64,000 bases of DNA from Rhizobium sp. Q54 (GTDB taxonomy: Bacteria > Pseudomonadota > Alphaproteobacteria > SMXS01): assembly GCA_945907245.1 (NCBI GenBank), contig CAMDTB010000003.1, positions 1,457-65,456 of the forward strand, in the 5' to 3' direction. A model generated the notes under the pieces. That model was not told the origin of the DNA. It did not search any database and saw nothing but the letters and a program-made list of their open reading frames with translations. A program made the translations under genes and the position numbers. Positions 1 through 9,289 of the stretch are shown here, one piece after another; the stretch's first letter is position 1, and every line of letters begins with the position of its first letter.

Positions 1-803
1 CCGTCGGTGACATAGACCCGGCCGCTGCGCACCGCCTGGAGACAGGACCAGCCCGGCTTGGCAGTCAGCAGGTGCATCTCATCGAGCACGCGGGGCATGT
101 CGAAGCCGCAGGGCAATATGGAGATGACGTCCGGATCGGCGGCACGCAGCTGGTCCCAGGTCATCCACGGCGAATGCTTGCCCGCCTCGCCGAACAGGTT
201 CGTGCCGCCGGCCATCTCGACCAGCTCGGGCATCCAGTTGCCTGCCGCCATCAGCGGATCGATCCATTCGATGCACGCGACCGTGGGCTTCGGCAGCCCG
301 GCGCAGCGCTCGGTCACCTGCCGCATCCGCGCCTTCAACGCGCCGATCAGCGCCGTGCCGTCCTCCACGCAGCCCAGCGCTATCGCCACCCGTTCGATGT
401 CGGTCCAGACGTCGGCCAGCGCATCGGGACGCAGCGAGACGATATCCACGTGCCGGCCGGTCCAGTTGCACAGGGCCGCCTCCACGTCGGCCAGGCTGGC
501 GGCGCAGACCTCGCACTGATCCTGGGTGACGATCACGTCCGGGTCGATCTCGCGCAGCAGGTCCACATCCACACGGTAGACGGACAGGCCGTCCTTGAGC
601 AGCATCTTGACTTGGGTGTCGATCTCCAGCGACGTGCCGTGCACGTTCAGCTTGGGTTCGGTCAGCCGGGGCAGCGGACCGATCGACGGCGGGTAGTCGC
701 ATTCGTGCGAGCGGCCCAGCAGCCAGGCGCGCTTGCCCAGCGCGCAGACGATCTCGGTGGCGCTGGCGATCAGCGATACGACGCGCTTCGGTTCACCCGG
801 CAC
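1..803 (-). CDS. Cobalamin/siderophore-type binding-protein-fold protein (PBP type 2, BtuF/FhuD-like); C-terminus runs off the window
   Basis: This minus-strand frame is open to position 1, so it is missing from the ORF track. Hand translation gives (M)PGEPKRVVSLIASATEIVCALGKRAWLLGRSHECDYPP...DPDVIVTQDQCEVCAASL...ACIEWIDPLMAAGNWMPELVEMAGG. AAGGAG (complement of 811-816) lies 7 nt from GTG (complement of 801-803). The ATG at 807-809 is only 1 nt from the SD. No signal peptide seen. Confidence 0.6.
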   Translation of the reverse strand, partial: MPGEPKRVVSLIASATEIVCALGKRAWLLGRSHECDYPPSIGPLPRLTEPKLNVHGTSLEIDTQVKMLLKDGLSVYRVDVDLLREIDPDVIVTQDQCEVCAASLADVEAALCNWTGRHVDIVSLRPDALADVWTDIERVAIALGCVEDGTALIGALKARMRQVTERCAGLPKPTVACIEWIDPLMAAGNWMPELVEMAGGTNLFGEAGKHSPWMTWDQLRAADPDVISILPCGFDMPRVLDEMHLLTAKPGWSCLQAVRSGRVYVTD

Positions 804-849
804 CAGCATACTCCTTGCTATGGGGTTCACGTCACCCCAGATAGACGTA

Positions 850-1137
850 ATGGCTTCTCCGCAAGATACTCCTCCCCAGGGTTTCACCGTCAAGAAGGTC
901 GTGCTCCTGGGCACCGGCTGGATTTTGGTGGTCGCGGGACCGGTTGTCGGCCTGCTGCCGGGTCCCGGCGGTCTGCCGATCACCGCGGCGGGCCTGGTGC
1001 TGATCCTGAGCCAGTCCTATACCGCGAAACGGGTCTTCATCCGCTGGCAGCAGCGCCATCCGAGGGTTCTCGGTCCGCTGCGACGCTTCATCAGCCGCAA
1101 GAAGAACGGCAGAGCGAACAAGCCGGCCGGCACATAG
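850..1137 (+). CDS. Small membrane protein with PGPGW-type motif
   Basis: Inner ATG of ORF 733..1137. The product MASPQDTPPQGFTVKKVVLLGTGWILVVAGPVVGLLPGPGGLPITAAGLVLILSQ has two hydrophobic helices around a PGPGG motif and a basic tail. The upstream part of the ORF overlaps the neighbouring gene. Confidence 0.5.
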   Translation: MASPQDTPPQGFTVKKVVLLGTGWILVVAGPVVGLLPGPGGLPITAAGLVLILSQSYTAKRVFIRWQQRHPRVLGPLRRFISRKKNGRANKPAGT

Positions 1138-1204
1138 CGCACCGCAGTTTCGCAAGCTTGCATTGGTAGTCGGACACCCTATCTTGCAGCAAATCTGACC
1201 TGAG

Positions 1205-1690
1205 ATGGAGCAAGCCATGGCCATGGAAATCAATACCGGCATTCCCGAAAAGCAGCGCAAGGCCATCGCCGAGGGCCTGTCGCATGTGATGGCCGACACC
1301 TACACGCTCTATCTCAAGACCCACAACTACCACTGGAACGTGACCGGCCCCATGTTCCAGACCCTGCATCTGATGTTCGAGACCCAGTACACCGAACTGG
1401 CGCTGGCGGTCGATCTGGTGGCCGAGCGCATCCGCGCGCTGGGCGTCTATGCGCCGGGCACCTACAAGTCGCTGGCCAAGCTGAGCGCCATCAAGGAAGA
1501 GGAAGAGGTCCCGAAGGCCGAGGACATGATCCGCAACCTGGTCAACGCCCACGAGACACTGGTGCGCACCGCGCGCTCGGTGTTCCCGCTCGCCGACAAG
1601 GCCCATGACGAGCCGACCGCCGACCTGCTGACCCAGCGTATGCAGGTTTCCGAGAAGAACGCCTGGATGCTGCGCAGCCTCCTCGCCTGA
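1205..1690 (+). CDS. dps: Dps family DNA starvation/stationary-phase protection protein (ferritin-like)
   Basis: [30 protein letters not shown]...[21 protein letters not shown] is the classic Dps signature. The likely true start is ATG 1217, 6 nt after GGAG. Confidence 0.9.
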   Translation: MEQAMAMEINTGIPEKQRKAIAEGLSHVMADTYTLYLKTHNYHWNVTGPMFQTLHLMFETQYTELALAVDLVAERIRALGVYAPGTYKSLAKLSAIKEEEEVPKAEDMIRNLVNAHETLVRTARSVFPLADKAHDEPTADLLTQRMQVSEKNAWMLRSLLA

Positions 1691-1800
1691 TCACCCGGCG
1701 CACGGCGGGATTGCATACAATTCTTCATCCACTGGATTGACACGATCCGGTGGCGCAGGGACAGTGGGCGTCGTACCGCCTCCATGTTCGACGGGAACCC

Positions 1801-1995
1801 ATGCCCCCTGAAATCTCCGAGGACGACGCCCTGACAGCAATCGACGTCATGTCCCGGCTGCTCGGCCTGCCGATCCTTCCAGAACATCGCGCCGGCGTGG
1901 CGCTCAATCTGGCCCGGCTGATGGTGCAGGCCCGGCTGGTCCAGTCGGTCGCCCTGCCGGAGGAAACCGAACCGGCATCCGTCTTCACGCCATGA
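1801..1995 (+). CDS. AtzG-like small subunit (DUF4089)
   Basis: The 64-aa product MPPEISEDDALTAIDVMSRLLGLPILPEHRAGVALNLARL... has its stop overlapping the ATG of the downstream AtzE-like amidase (ATGA at 1992-1995). This is the usual AtzG-AtzE layout. Confidence 0.6.
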   Translation: MPPEISEDDALTAIDVMSRLLGLPILPEHRAGVALNLARLMVQARLVQSVALPEETEPASVFTP

Positions 1996-3186
1996 CAGAT
2001 TCCGTCCGGCTCGACGCCGCCGCCATCGCCACAGCCGTCCGCAGCCGCCGCACGAGCGCCGAGATCGTGGTGAGCGCGGCGCTGGAGGCGATCGAACGGC
2101 GCAACCCAGCGCTGAACTGCTTCACCGCCGTCCTCCGCGACCGGGCGCTCGAAGCCGCCGTCTCGGTCGATGACCGGTTGAGCGCCGGCGGCGATCCCGG
2201 ACCGCTCGCCGGCGTACCGTTCGGCGTGAAGAACCTGTTCGACGTGCGCGGACTGCCGACCCTGGCGGGCTCCAAAATCAACCGGGACCTGGCGCCGGCG
2301 CGCGCCGATGCCGTATTGGTCCGGCGGCTGGAGGCGGCCGGCGCGGTGCTCGTCGGCACCCAGCACATGGACGAATATGCCTATGGCTTCACCACCGAGA
2401 ACAGCCACTATGGCCCGGGCCGCAACCCGCATGACCTCGCGCGCGTGGCCGGTGGCTCATCCGGCGGTTCCGCGGCGGCGGTGGCGGCGGGACTGGTGCC
2501 GCTCAGCCTCGCCTCGGACACCAACGGCTCGATCCGCGTGCCATCGTCATTCTGCGGCATCTTCGGGCTGAAGCCCACCTACGGACGGTTACCGCGCACC
2601 GCCAGCTTCCAGTTCGTCCACGACCTGGATCATCTGGGCCCCTTCGCCCGCACGGTGACCGACCTGGCGCTGTGCTACGATGCGTTGCAGGGACACGATC
2701 CGGGCGATCCCATGTGCGCGCGCCGCCCCATCGAGCTTGTCCTGCCCCGCCTGGACGAACCCCTCGACGGCCTGCGGGTCTCGGTGCTCGACGGCTGGTT
2801 CAGGGACACGGCAGGCGCGCAGGCGCTGGACGCGGTCGCGACAGTCGCGCGGGCGCTGCAGGCCGGCCCGGACACCACCCTCGCCAACGCGGCCCAAGCC
2901 CGCGCCGCCGCGTTCTGCATCACCGCCGCCTCGGGCGCCGACCTGCACATGGAAAACCTGAAGAAGCGCCAGGCCGACTTCGACCCGGCCCAATATCGGC
3001 GTCTATACCCAGCCCATCAGCTTCATCGGCCTTCCCGTCGTGGGCGTTCCGGTGCATGGAAGCGAGGCCCTGCCGATCGGCGTACAGATCATCGCGCCGC
3101 CCTGGCAGGAACAACTGGCGCTACGCGTCGCCGCCCATCTGGAGCGGATCGGCGTCGTCGGCGCACCGATCGCGGAGGCCCTATGA
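1992..3186 (+). pseudogene. AtzE-like amidase-signature (GatA-family) amidohydrolase, disrupted by an internal deletion plus frameshift near 2985-2992
   Basis: The N-terminal 332 codons are clean: GVPFGVKNLF, GGSSGGSAAAVAAG, SDTNGSIRVPSSFCGIFGLKPTYGR. After ...RQADFDPA the frame turns to Arg/Pro-rich junk. The expected C-terminus NIGVYTQPISFIGLPVVGVPVHGSEALPIGVQIIAPPWQEQLALRVAAHLERIGVVGAPIAEAL* is in the +1 frame, with its stop at 3184-3186. Total is about 390 aa against about 450-470 for the family, so roughly 60-70 codons are missing. Confidence 0.7.
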
Positions 3187-3584
3187 CCTTGACCGCCACG
3201 CTGGCCGTGAACGACCCCGAGGTCGTCGCCGAGGTGACCGCCATGTTCAGGCGCTATGAACAGGCGCTGATGGACAACGACACGGATGCGCTCACGGGCA
3301 TGTTCTGGAAGTCGCCGGATACGCTGCGCTACGGCGTCGGCGAGATCCTCTACGGCTACGACGCCATCGCCAGCTTCCGTGCCAACCGCCAGGGCGGCGC
3401 GCCCAAGCGAAGCCTGGGCAAGACCTGCATCACCACCTTCGGCCGCGACTACGGCATCGCCAATACCGAGTTCCAGCGCGTCAATACGGACCGGCTCGGC
3501 CGGCAGAGCCAGACCTGGGTAAGGTTTCCGGAAGGCTGGCGCATTGTCGCGGCGCACGTCTCGCTGCAGGGCGACGCCAGCTAG
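3183..3584 (+). CDS. AtzH-like NTF2/SnoaL-fold protein (DUF3225)
   Basis: MTLTATLAVNDPEVVAEVTAMFRRYEQALMDNDTDALTGMFWKSPDTLRYGVGEILYGYDAIASFR.... Its ATG overlaps the stop of the amidase C-terminal frame (ATGA). The ORF track merges it into the 530-aa ORF 1992..3584. Confidence 0.65.
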   Translation: MTLTATLAVNDPEVVAEVTAMFRRYEQALMDNDTDALTGMFWKSPDTLRYGVGEILYGYDAIASFRANRQGGAPKRSLGKTCITTFGRDYGIANTEFQRVNTDRLGRQSQTWVRFPEGWRIVAAHVSLQGDAS

Positions 3585-4264
3585 TACTTGAACCGCCAGG
3601 ACGTCTCGCCGGCGATGCGCAGGTGCTCGCGCATGGCGTCGGCGGCCTCGTCGGGGTCGCCGGCGACGATCGCCTCGACCACGCGGGCGTGTTCCTCGAA
3701 CGAGGCGCTGAGCCGCCCGTCCGCCGCGAGGCGGGACATGCGGTAGGGCGCCAGGCGCTGGCGCAGCGTCACCACCAGCGCCACCAGTTCCTCGTTGAGC
3801 GCGCCGGCCCAGATCAACTCGTGCAGGTCGCCGTTCACGGCCTCGAAGCCCGGCCGATCGTCGACCGGCACCACCTCGAGCACCCGCAGATGCGCCTGCA
3901 TCAGGCGCTTCTTGTCCTTGATAGGCATGCGCTGGGCGGCGAGACGCGCACAGGCGGCCTCCAGTTCGACCAGTGTCTCGAACAGGGCGGCGATCCGCTC
4001 GCCAGGCATGGCCGCGACGACGACGCCGCGATTGGGCCGACGCTGCACCAGCCCGACGATCTCGAGCTGCCGCAGCGCCTCGCGGACGGGCGTGCGCGAA
4101 ACGCCGTAGCGTTCGGCGAGCCCAGCCTCCTCCAGCCGAACGCCCGGCAGCAGGCGGCGCTCGACGATCTCGGCGGTAAGCCGCTGGATCAGGTCGGACA
4201 CGGTCGAGCCACGCACGGCCTGCACGCTCTCGTCGCGTCCGCCAGCCGTCCGACTCTTGCTCAT
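3581..4264 (-). CDS. GntR family transcriptional regulator (FadR/FCD subfamily)
   Basis: A winged-HTH block (LPGVRLEEAGLAERYGVSRTPVREALRQLEIVGLVQRRPNRGVVV) is followed by a helical FCD-type domain. The start was chosen at MSKSRT. An alternative ATG lies at 4289-4291. Confidence 0.85.
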   Translation of the reverse strand: MSKSRTAGGRDESVQAVRGSTVSDLIQRLTAEIVERRLLPGVRLEEAGLAERYGVSRTPVREALRQLEIVGLVQRRPNRGVVVAAMPGERIAALFETLVELEAACARLAAQRMPIKDKKRLMQAHLRVLEVVPVDDRPGFEAVNGDLHELIWAGALNEELVALVVTLRQRLAPYRMSRLAADGRLSASFEEHARVVEAIVAGDPDEAADAMREHLRIAGETSWRFKY

Positions 4265-4285
4265 GTTTGCATTAACCCGTTGACT

Positions 4286-4295
4286 GGTCATGACC
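4286..4295. promoter_or_regulatory. Perfect 10-bp palindrome GGTCATGACC, candidate GntR-type operator
   Basis: Lies 22 nt upstream of the chosen GntR start, in the divergent regulatory region. It has the GT-N-AC core typical of FadR-like GntR operators. Confidence 0.35.
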
Positions 4296-4590
4296 TGGAT
4301 GCACAGCCCGCCTCCCCTTGCCAATTGTATCGGTAAGCCAGCACGGTGGGTAGTGCCTGTGAACGCCACGTGATCAATGGCTCAGGTCGCTGAATGCCTA
4401 TTTTTAAGACAATATTCGCATACGCCCAAAAATATGGCATTCTTGCCGCGTTTATTACCAATGCCTCGCCTAACCTCGTGGTTTTCTTAAGCTTCATGCC
4501 AGCATTGCGTTTCCCGCAACGCAACAAACCTCCAATCAAATAGCGCGCTTGGCGCCTTCATCCATCACCAACCCGACTCCGGGGCGACAC

Positions 4591-4606
4591 TGGCACACCT
4601 GTTGCA
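4591..4606 (+). promoter_or_regulatory. Sigma54 (RpoN) -24/-12 promoter
   Basis: TGGCACacctgTTGCA matches the TGGCAC-N5-TTGCW consensus with exact GG/GC spacing. It sits about 100 bp upstream of the outer-membrane protein gene in a lower-GC intergenic region. Confidence 0.6.
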
Positions 4607-4708
4607 TATACACTTTTGCATGCAACTTTGTGTCCTGTTTTGCATGCGAAATGGACGACATGGCGATCGGCGCAGTGCCGGACGCCCAGCAGCGCAGGAG
4701 ATGACCCA

Positions 4709-5581
4709 ATGAACAAGTGGCTGGCGGGATTCATGGTGGCTCTGGCGATGGTGACGGGCTCGACCGCTGCGCGGGCGGACGGCCTGGATATCCATGGCTT
4801 CCTCGACGTGTCGGTGAAGAACGCCTACATCACCCCGCGCGGCCTGCTGGTGGTCAATGACGGCGTCACCATCCAGGTGCTGAACGGCCTCGTCCTCGGA
4901 CTTCACAACGCGCCGGAGGAGACGCTCAGCGGCGTGTCCATGGTGTTCGGCACCTGGAGCGATATCGCCACCGCCCAGAAGGATCCCACCGTCGGCGCAT
5001 TCAACGAGTTCGACTGGTTCGTCGGCCTCAACTTCCAGCTCGCCAAACGCTGGACGCTGGGCGCGCAGTATGTCGAATTCATCAGCCCGCCCAACAACTT
5101 CAAGACCGAGCGCAACCTCGAGTTCTCGCTCAATTACGACGATGCCGTCAAAGACCGCTCCTGGTCGATCCAGCCCTATGTGAAATTCTTCTGGGCCATC
5201 TCAGGCGATTCCACAGTCGTCACCGGCAAGCGCGGCGACACCTTCGATGTCGAGATCGGCATGAAGCCCAACATCGGCTTCAACATGTTCGGCGCCGCCG
5301 CCAACCTCAGCGCACCGACCTGGATCACGGTCGGCCCCAAGTCCTACTGGGGCGGCACCGAGAACGTCGGCGTGTTCAGCACCGGCCTGAGCCTGAAGCT
5401 GCCGCTGACCTTCATCCCGCAGCGTCTGGGCAACTGGTACTCGGCCATTGGCGTCCAGTACTACGCCTTCCTCAACGACCAGCTGCGCGTCGCGCAGACC
5501 CTGATCGGCACCGCCGACCCGCTGGGAGACGGCCACAAGGATTACGTGGTCGGCTCGTTCAGCATCGGCATGGGGTTCTGA
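4709..5581 (+). CDS. Outer-membrane beta-barrel protein (porin-like, unknown specificity)
   Basis: Signal peptide MNKWLAGFMVALAMVTGSTAARA, alternating amphipathic strands and a terminal ...SFSIGMGF ending in Phe. GGAG lies upstream of the ATG. Confidence 0.6.
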   Translation: MNKWLAGFMVALAMVTGSTAARADGLDIHGFLDVSVKNAYITPRGLLVVNDGVTIQVLNGLVLGLHNAPEETLSGVSMVFGTWSDIATAQKDPTVGAFNEFDWFVGLNFQLAKRWTLGAQYVEFISPPNNFKTERNLEFSLNYDDAVKDRSWSIQPYVKFFWAISGDSTVVTGKRGDTFDVEIGMKPNIGFNMFGAAANLSAPTWITVGPKSYWGGTENVGVFSTGLSLKLPLTFIPQRLGNWYSAIGVQYYAFLNDQLRVAQTLIGTADPLGDGHKDYVVGSFSIGMGF

Positions 5582-5670
5582 CCATGCGGCGCGAAAATTG
5601 CACAGACCCTTCTGATGAGACAGCGGCGCCGGCCGCCGCTTCCCACAGCCCCCGGACAGGAGGACCCACC

Positions 5671-6333
5671 ATGTTGAGTATCGACGCCGAACCCTATGAC
5701 TTCGAGTTCGACCCTGAGGCCACCGCCCTGGTGATCATCGACATGCAGCGCGACTTCCTGGAGCCGGGCGGCTTCGGCGAGGCGCTCGGCAACGACGTGT
5801 CGCTGCTGCGCCGGACCATCGAGCCGACCAGGGCACTGCTGGCGGCGTTTCGCGCCGCCGGCATGATGGTGATCCACACCCGCGAGGGCCACGAACCCGA
5901 GCTCAGCGACCTGACGCCGGCCAAGAAGCGCCGCGGCCGGTTCCCCGTGACCATCGGCGACGCCGGCCCGATGGGCCGCATCCTGGTCCGCGGCGAGACG
6001 GGCCACGACATCATTCCCGAACTCTATCCCATCGACGGCGAGCCGGTGATCGACAAGCCCGGCAAGGGCGCGTTCCACGCCACCGGCTTGGAGGAAATCC
6101 TGCGCAACTGGGGCATGGAGAAGCTCATCGTCTGCGGCGTCACCACCGAGGTGTGCGTGCATACGACGGTCCGCGAAGCCAACGACCGCGGCTTCGACTG
6201 CCTGGTCGTCGAGGACTGCTGCGGCTCGTACTTTCCGGAATTCCAGGAAATGGGGCTGCGCATGATCAAGGCGCAGGGCGGCATCTTCGGCTGGGTCGCC
6301 AGTTCGCCCGCCGTCATCGCCGCCATCGCCTGA
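5671..6333 (+). CDS. Cysteine hydrolase of the isochorismatase superfamily (biuret hydrolase/RutB-like amidohydrolase)
   Basis: Asp-Lys-Cys triad context: LVIIDMQRDF, IDKPGKGAF, LIVCGVTTEVCVHTTVREA. AGGAGGA lies before ATG 5671. Confidence 0.8.
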   Translation: MLSIDAEPYDFEFDPEATALVIIDMQRDFLEPGGFGEALGNDVSLLRRTIEPTRALLAAFRAAGMMVIHTREGHEPELSDLTPAKKRRGRFPVTIGDAGPMGRILVRGETGHDIIPELYPIDGEPVIDKPGKGAFHATGLEEILRNWGMEKLIVCGVTTEVCVHTTVREANDRGFDCLVVEDCCGSYFPEFQEMGLRMIKAQGGIFGWVASSPAVIAAIA

Positions 6334-6381
6334 CCCGTTTCACGCACGCCTGACCCGTTTCGAGCAACAAGGAGAGGGAAC

Positions 6382-7938
6382 ATGTCTACGACGACCATGG
6401 GTGCCGGCTACAAGCCGAAATGGTGGGTATCGGGCGACTGGAACGGCTTCTTCGGGCTGTTCACCAACGTGGTGCTCAACGTCATCGTCCTGACCGGCCT
6501 GTGCCTGGGCGTGGTCAAGCTGCCCGAGGACATCGTCTTCGGGCGCATCCTGCCGGCGCTGGGCATCGCGTTGCCGATCGGCAACCTGTTCTACGCCTGG
6601 CTGGCCTACCGGCTGGCGCAGAAGAGCGGCCGTTCCGACGTCACCGCCCTGCCCTATGGCCCCAGCGTCCCGCACATGTTCATCGTCGTGTTCCTGATCA
6701 TGCTGCCGGTCTACCTGAAGACCGGTGATCCCATCCTCGCCTGGGAAGCGGGTCTGGCCTGGGCATTCGTCATCGGCGTCATCGTCCTGCTGGGCGCCTT
6801 CGTCGGGCCCGCGGTGCGCAAATGGACGCCGCGCGCCGCCATGCTGGGGACGCTCGCAGGCATCTCCATCGCCTTCATCTCCATGCGGCCTGCCTTCCAG
6901 ACCTGGGAGACGCCCTGGCTCGGCTTCCTGACCCTGGCGATCATCCTGGGCTGCTGGACCGCCAACGTGAAGCTGCCACTCAACTCGCCGGCCGGCCTCG
7001 TCGCCGTGGTGCTCGGCACCCTGCTGGCCTGGGCGGCGACCATCTCGGGCGTGCAGCAGATCATGGAGCCCTCGGCCGTCGGGGCCTCGCTGGCACAGTT
7101 CAGCGTCCACCCGCCGATCCCGTCGAGCGCCTTCCTGACCGGTCTGTCCGACATCGGCCCGTTGCTGGTCACCGCCGTGCCGCTCGGCATCTACAATTTC
7201 ACCGAGGCCATGAACAATGTGGAAAGCGCCTCGGCCGCGGGCGATGACTAAGACCTGCGCAAGGTGCTGGTCGCCGACGGCCTCGGCGCCATGGTCGGCG
7301 CCGCGCTGGGCAGTCCGTTCCCGCCCGCGGTCTATATCGGCCATCCGGGCTGGAAGGCGGTCGGCGGCCGGATCGGCTATTCGCTGGCCACCGGCGTGGT
7401 CATCGCGCTGGTCTGCTTCCTGGGATTGACCGCGCTGCTGCTGGCGGTGGTGCCGCTGGTGGTGATCGTGCCGATCCTGCTCTATATCGGCCTCGTCATT
7501 GGCGCCCAGTCGTTCCAGGCGGTGCCGTCGGCGCACGCGCCGGCGGTGGTGCTCGCTATTCTGCCCAACATCGCCGCCTGGGCGCAGAACCAGATCGACG
7601 GTGCGCTCAACGCAGCCGGAACCACGGCGGCGGCGGTCGGCATGGACAAGCTGGCGGCATCGGGCGTGATCTATCACGGCATGGAGCTGCTGGGCGGCGG
7701 CGCGGTGCTTGCGGGCATGGTGCTGGGCGCGATCGCCGCGTTCATCATCGACCGCAAGTTCATCCATGCGGCCTCCTACTCGATGGCGGGAGCCGTCCTC
7801 GCCTATTTCGGCTTCATCAACGGCACCGCGCTGGGCTTCGGCAACTCGGCGCCGGTCGCCCTCGGCTACGTGATGATGGGACTGGTCTGTCTCGCCTTCC
7901 ACTACATGCCCAAGGGAGAGGAAATCCCTCTCGAATAG
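6382..7938 (+). pseudogene. NCS2/AzgA-like nucleobase-type permease interrupted by one in-frame TAA (7249-7251)
   Basis: ORFs 6382..7251 and 7264..7938 are in the same frame and read ...NNVESASAAGDD*DLRKVLVADGLGAMVGAALGSPFPPAVYIGHPGW.... That is one continuous, conserved polytopic transporter of about 518 codons. Confidence 0.75.
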
Positions 7939-7954
7939 TCCAAGGGGGCGGAGT

Positions 7955-7995
7955 GCCCGGGCCGCGTCCTTCTCCCGCGCGGCCCGGGCATTCTT
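7955..7995 (+). terminator. Rho-independent-type terminator after the permease
   Basis: A 12-bp perfect GC stem, GCCCGGGCCGCG (7955-7966) paired with CGCGGCCCGGGC (7978-7989), is followed by ATTCTT. Confidence 0.55.
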
Positions 7996-8117
7996 ATATC
8001 CGCGGGACCTCGCGGATCTCGCCGCAAGGCTGCCCTGAGACACGCCGGGTTTCCAGAAACGCCCGAACTCCTATATAGGAGACGGCCCAACTGGAAACCG
8101 CGACGCCGAATCGGTTC

Positions 8118-8882
8118 ATGAACACCCATACGGTCAGGACAGCGCTGGTCACCGGCGCCGGCGCCCGCATCGGGCGCGCCATCGCCCTCGGCCTTGCCGG
8201 GAGAGGCTGGGCGGTGGCCGTGCATTATCACCATTCGGACGAGGCGGCCAAGGCGACGGTGGCCGACATCGAGCGCCTCGGCGGCCGGGCGGCCGCGGTG
8301 CCGGCGGACCTGGCCGACGAGGTACAGGTGGAATCGCTGGTGACCCGCGCCGCAGCCATGCTCGGACCGGTCACCTGTGTGGTCAACAACGCCTCGGTGT
8401 TCGAGCGCGACGATGCCCTTACCGCCACCCGCGAAAGCTGGGACATGCACATGGACGTGAACCTGCGCGCGCCGCTGGTGCTGGCCCAGCAGCTCGCCGT
8501 CCAGCTTCCCGACGGCGAGACCGGCAACGTCATCAACCTGATCGACCAGCGGGTGCTGCGGTTGACGCCGCTGTTCACCTCCTACACGGTCAGCAAGGCC
8601 GCGCTGTGGACCCTGACCCAGACCCTGGCGCAGGCGCTCGCGCCGCGCATCCGGGTGAACGCCATCGCGCCTGGCCCCACGCTGCCCAACATCCGGCAGG
8701 CGCCGGGCGACTTCCGGGCGCAGGTGGACGCGCTGCCGCTGCAACGCGGACCGGCGCTCGAGGAATTCGTCGCCGCCATTGCCTTCATCCTCGAAGCCGG
8801 CTCGGTCACCGGCCAGATGATCGCGCTGGACGGCGGACAGCATCTGGCCTGGCAGACGCCGGACGTGATGGGGGTGGAATGA
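8118..8882 (+). CDS. Short-chain dehydrogenase/reductase, pteridine-reductase-like (FolM/PTR1 type)
   Basis: TGAGARIGRAIA Rossmann motif, NNAS, YTVSKAAL catalytic Tyr-x3-Lys. Translationally coupled to folB. Confidence 0.75.
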   Translation: MNTHTVRTALVTGAGARIGRAIALGLAGRGWAVAVHYHHSDEAAKATVADIERLGGRAAAVPADLADEVQVESLVTRAAAMLGPVTCVVNNASVFERDDALTATRESWDMHMDVNLRAPLVLAQQLAVQLPDGETGNVINLIDQRVLRLTPLFTSYTVSKAALWTLTQTLAQALAPRIRVNAIAPGPTLPNIRQAPGDFRAQVDALPLQRGPALEEFVAAIAFILEAGSVTGQMIALDGGQHLAWQTPDVMGVE

Positions 8883-9289
8883 GCCAGCCCGACAGCACGG
8901 TCGTACGCTTTCGCATCGCCGACGCCGATCGGCGAATCCGCCACGTCTTCGTACGCGATCTGATGCTCGATGGCCATATCGGCATCCACGCCCATGAACA
9001 GGGCGTGCCGCAGCGGCTGCGGATCAACCTGGACCTGTCGGTGATCGACCGGCACCCCTTGCCGGCCGACCACATCGAGCATGTGGTCTGCTACCAGCAG
9101 GTGGTCGACACCACCACCGCGATCGTTGCCCGCGGACATGTGAACCTGGTGGAGACCCTCGCCGAGGAGATTGCCCAGGACATCCTGGCAACACCCGAAG
9201 TGGTTGCGGTTCGCGTCCGGGTGGAGAAGCTGGACGCGTTTGCGAACGTCGCTAGCGTGGGCGTTGAGATCGAGCGGACAAGTGCCTGA
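8879..9289 (+). CDS. folB: Dihydroneopterin aldolase
   Basis: IFVRDLMLDGHIGIHAHEQGVPQRLRINLDL...VVAVRVRVEKL.... Its ATG overlaps the SDR stop (ATGA at 8879-8882). It is hidden inside ORF 8606..9289. Confidence 0.8.
   Translation: MSQPDSTVVRFRIADADRRIRHVFVRDLMLDGHIGIHAHEQGVPQRLRINLDLSVIDRHPLPADHIEHVVCYQQVVDTTTAIVARGHVNLVETLAEEIAQDILATPEVVAVRVRVEKLDAFANVASVGVEIERTSA

Noticed and set aside
1992-3584. 530-aa ORF read as a natural amidase-NTF2 fusion protein
   Set aside because: The linker of about 65 residues is Arg/Pro-rich out-of-frame text. The true amidase C-terminus is readable in the +1 frame, and the NTF2 part has its own ATG overlapping that frame's stop.
7249-7251. Stop-codon reassignment or programmed read-through of TAA
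   Set aside because: TAA terminates several clearly complete genes in this window, for example petA, the ATP-grasp gene and EthD. The organism therefore uses the standard code, and a nonsense mutation or sequencing error is the simpler explanation.
6340-8043. 567-aa minus-strand ORF covering the permease locus
   Set aside because: It is antisense to a clearly real transporter. Its composition is dominated by Arg/Asp/His/Gly/Gln with no hydrophobic core, which is the typical high-GC shadow ORF.
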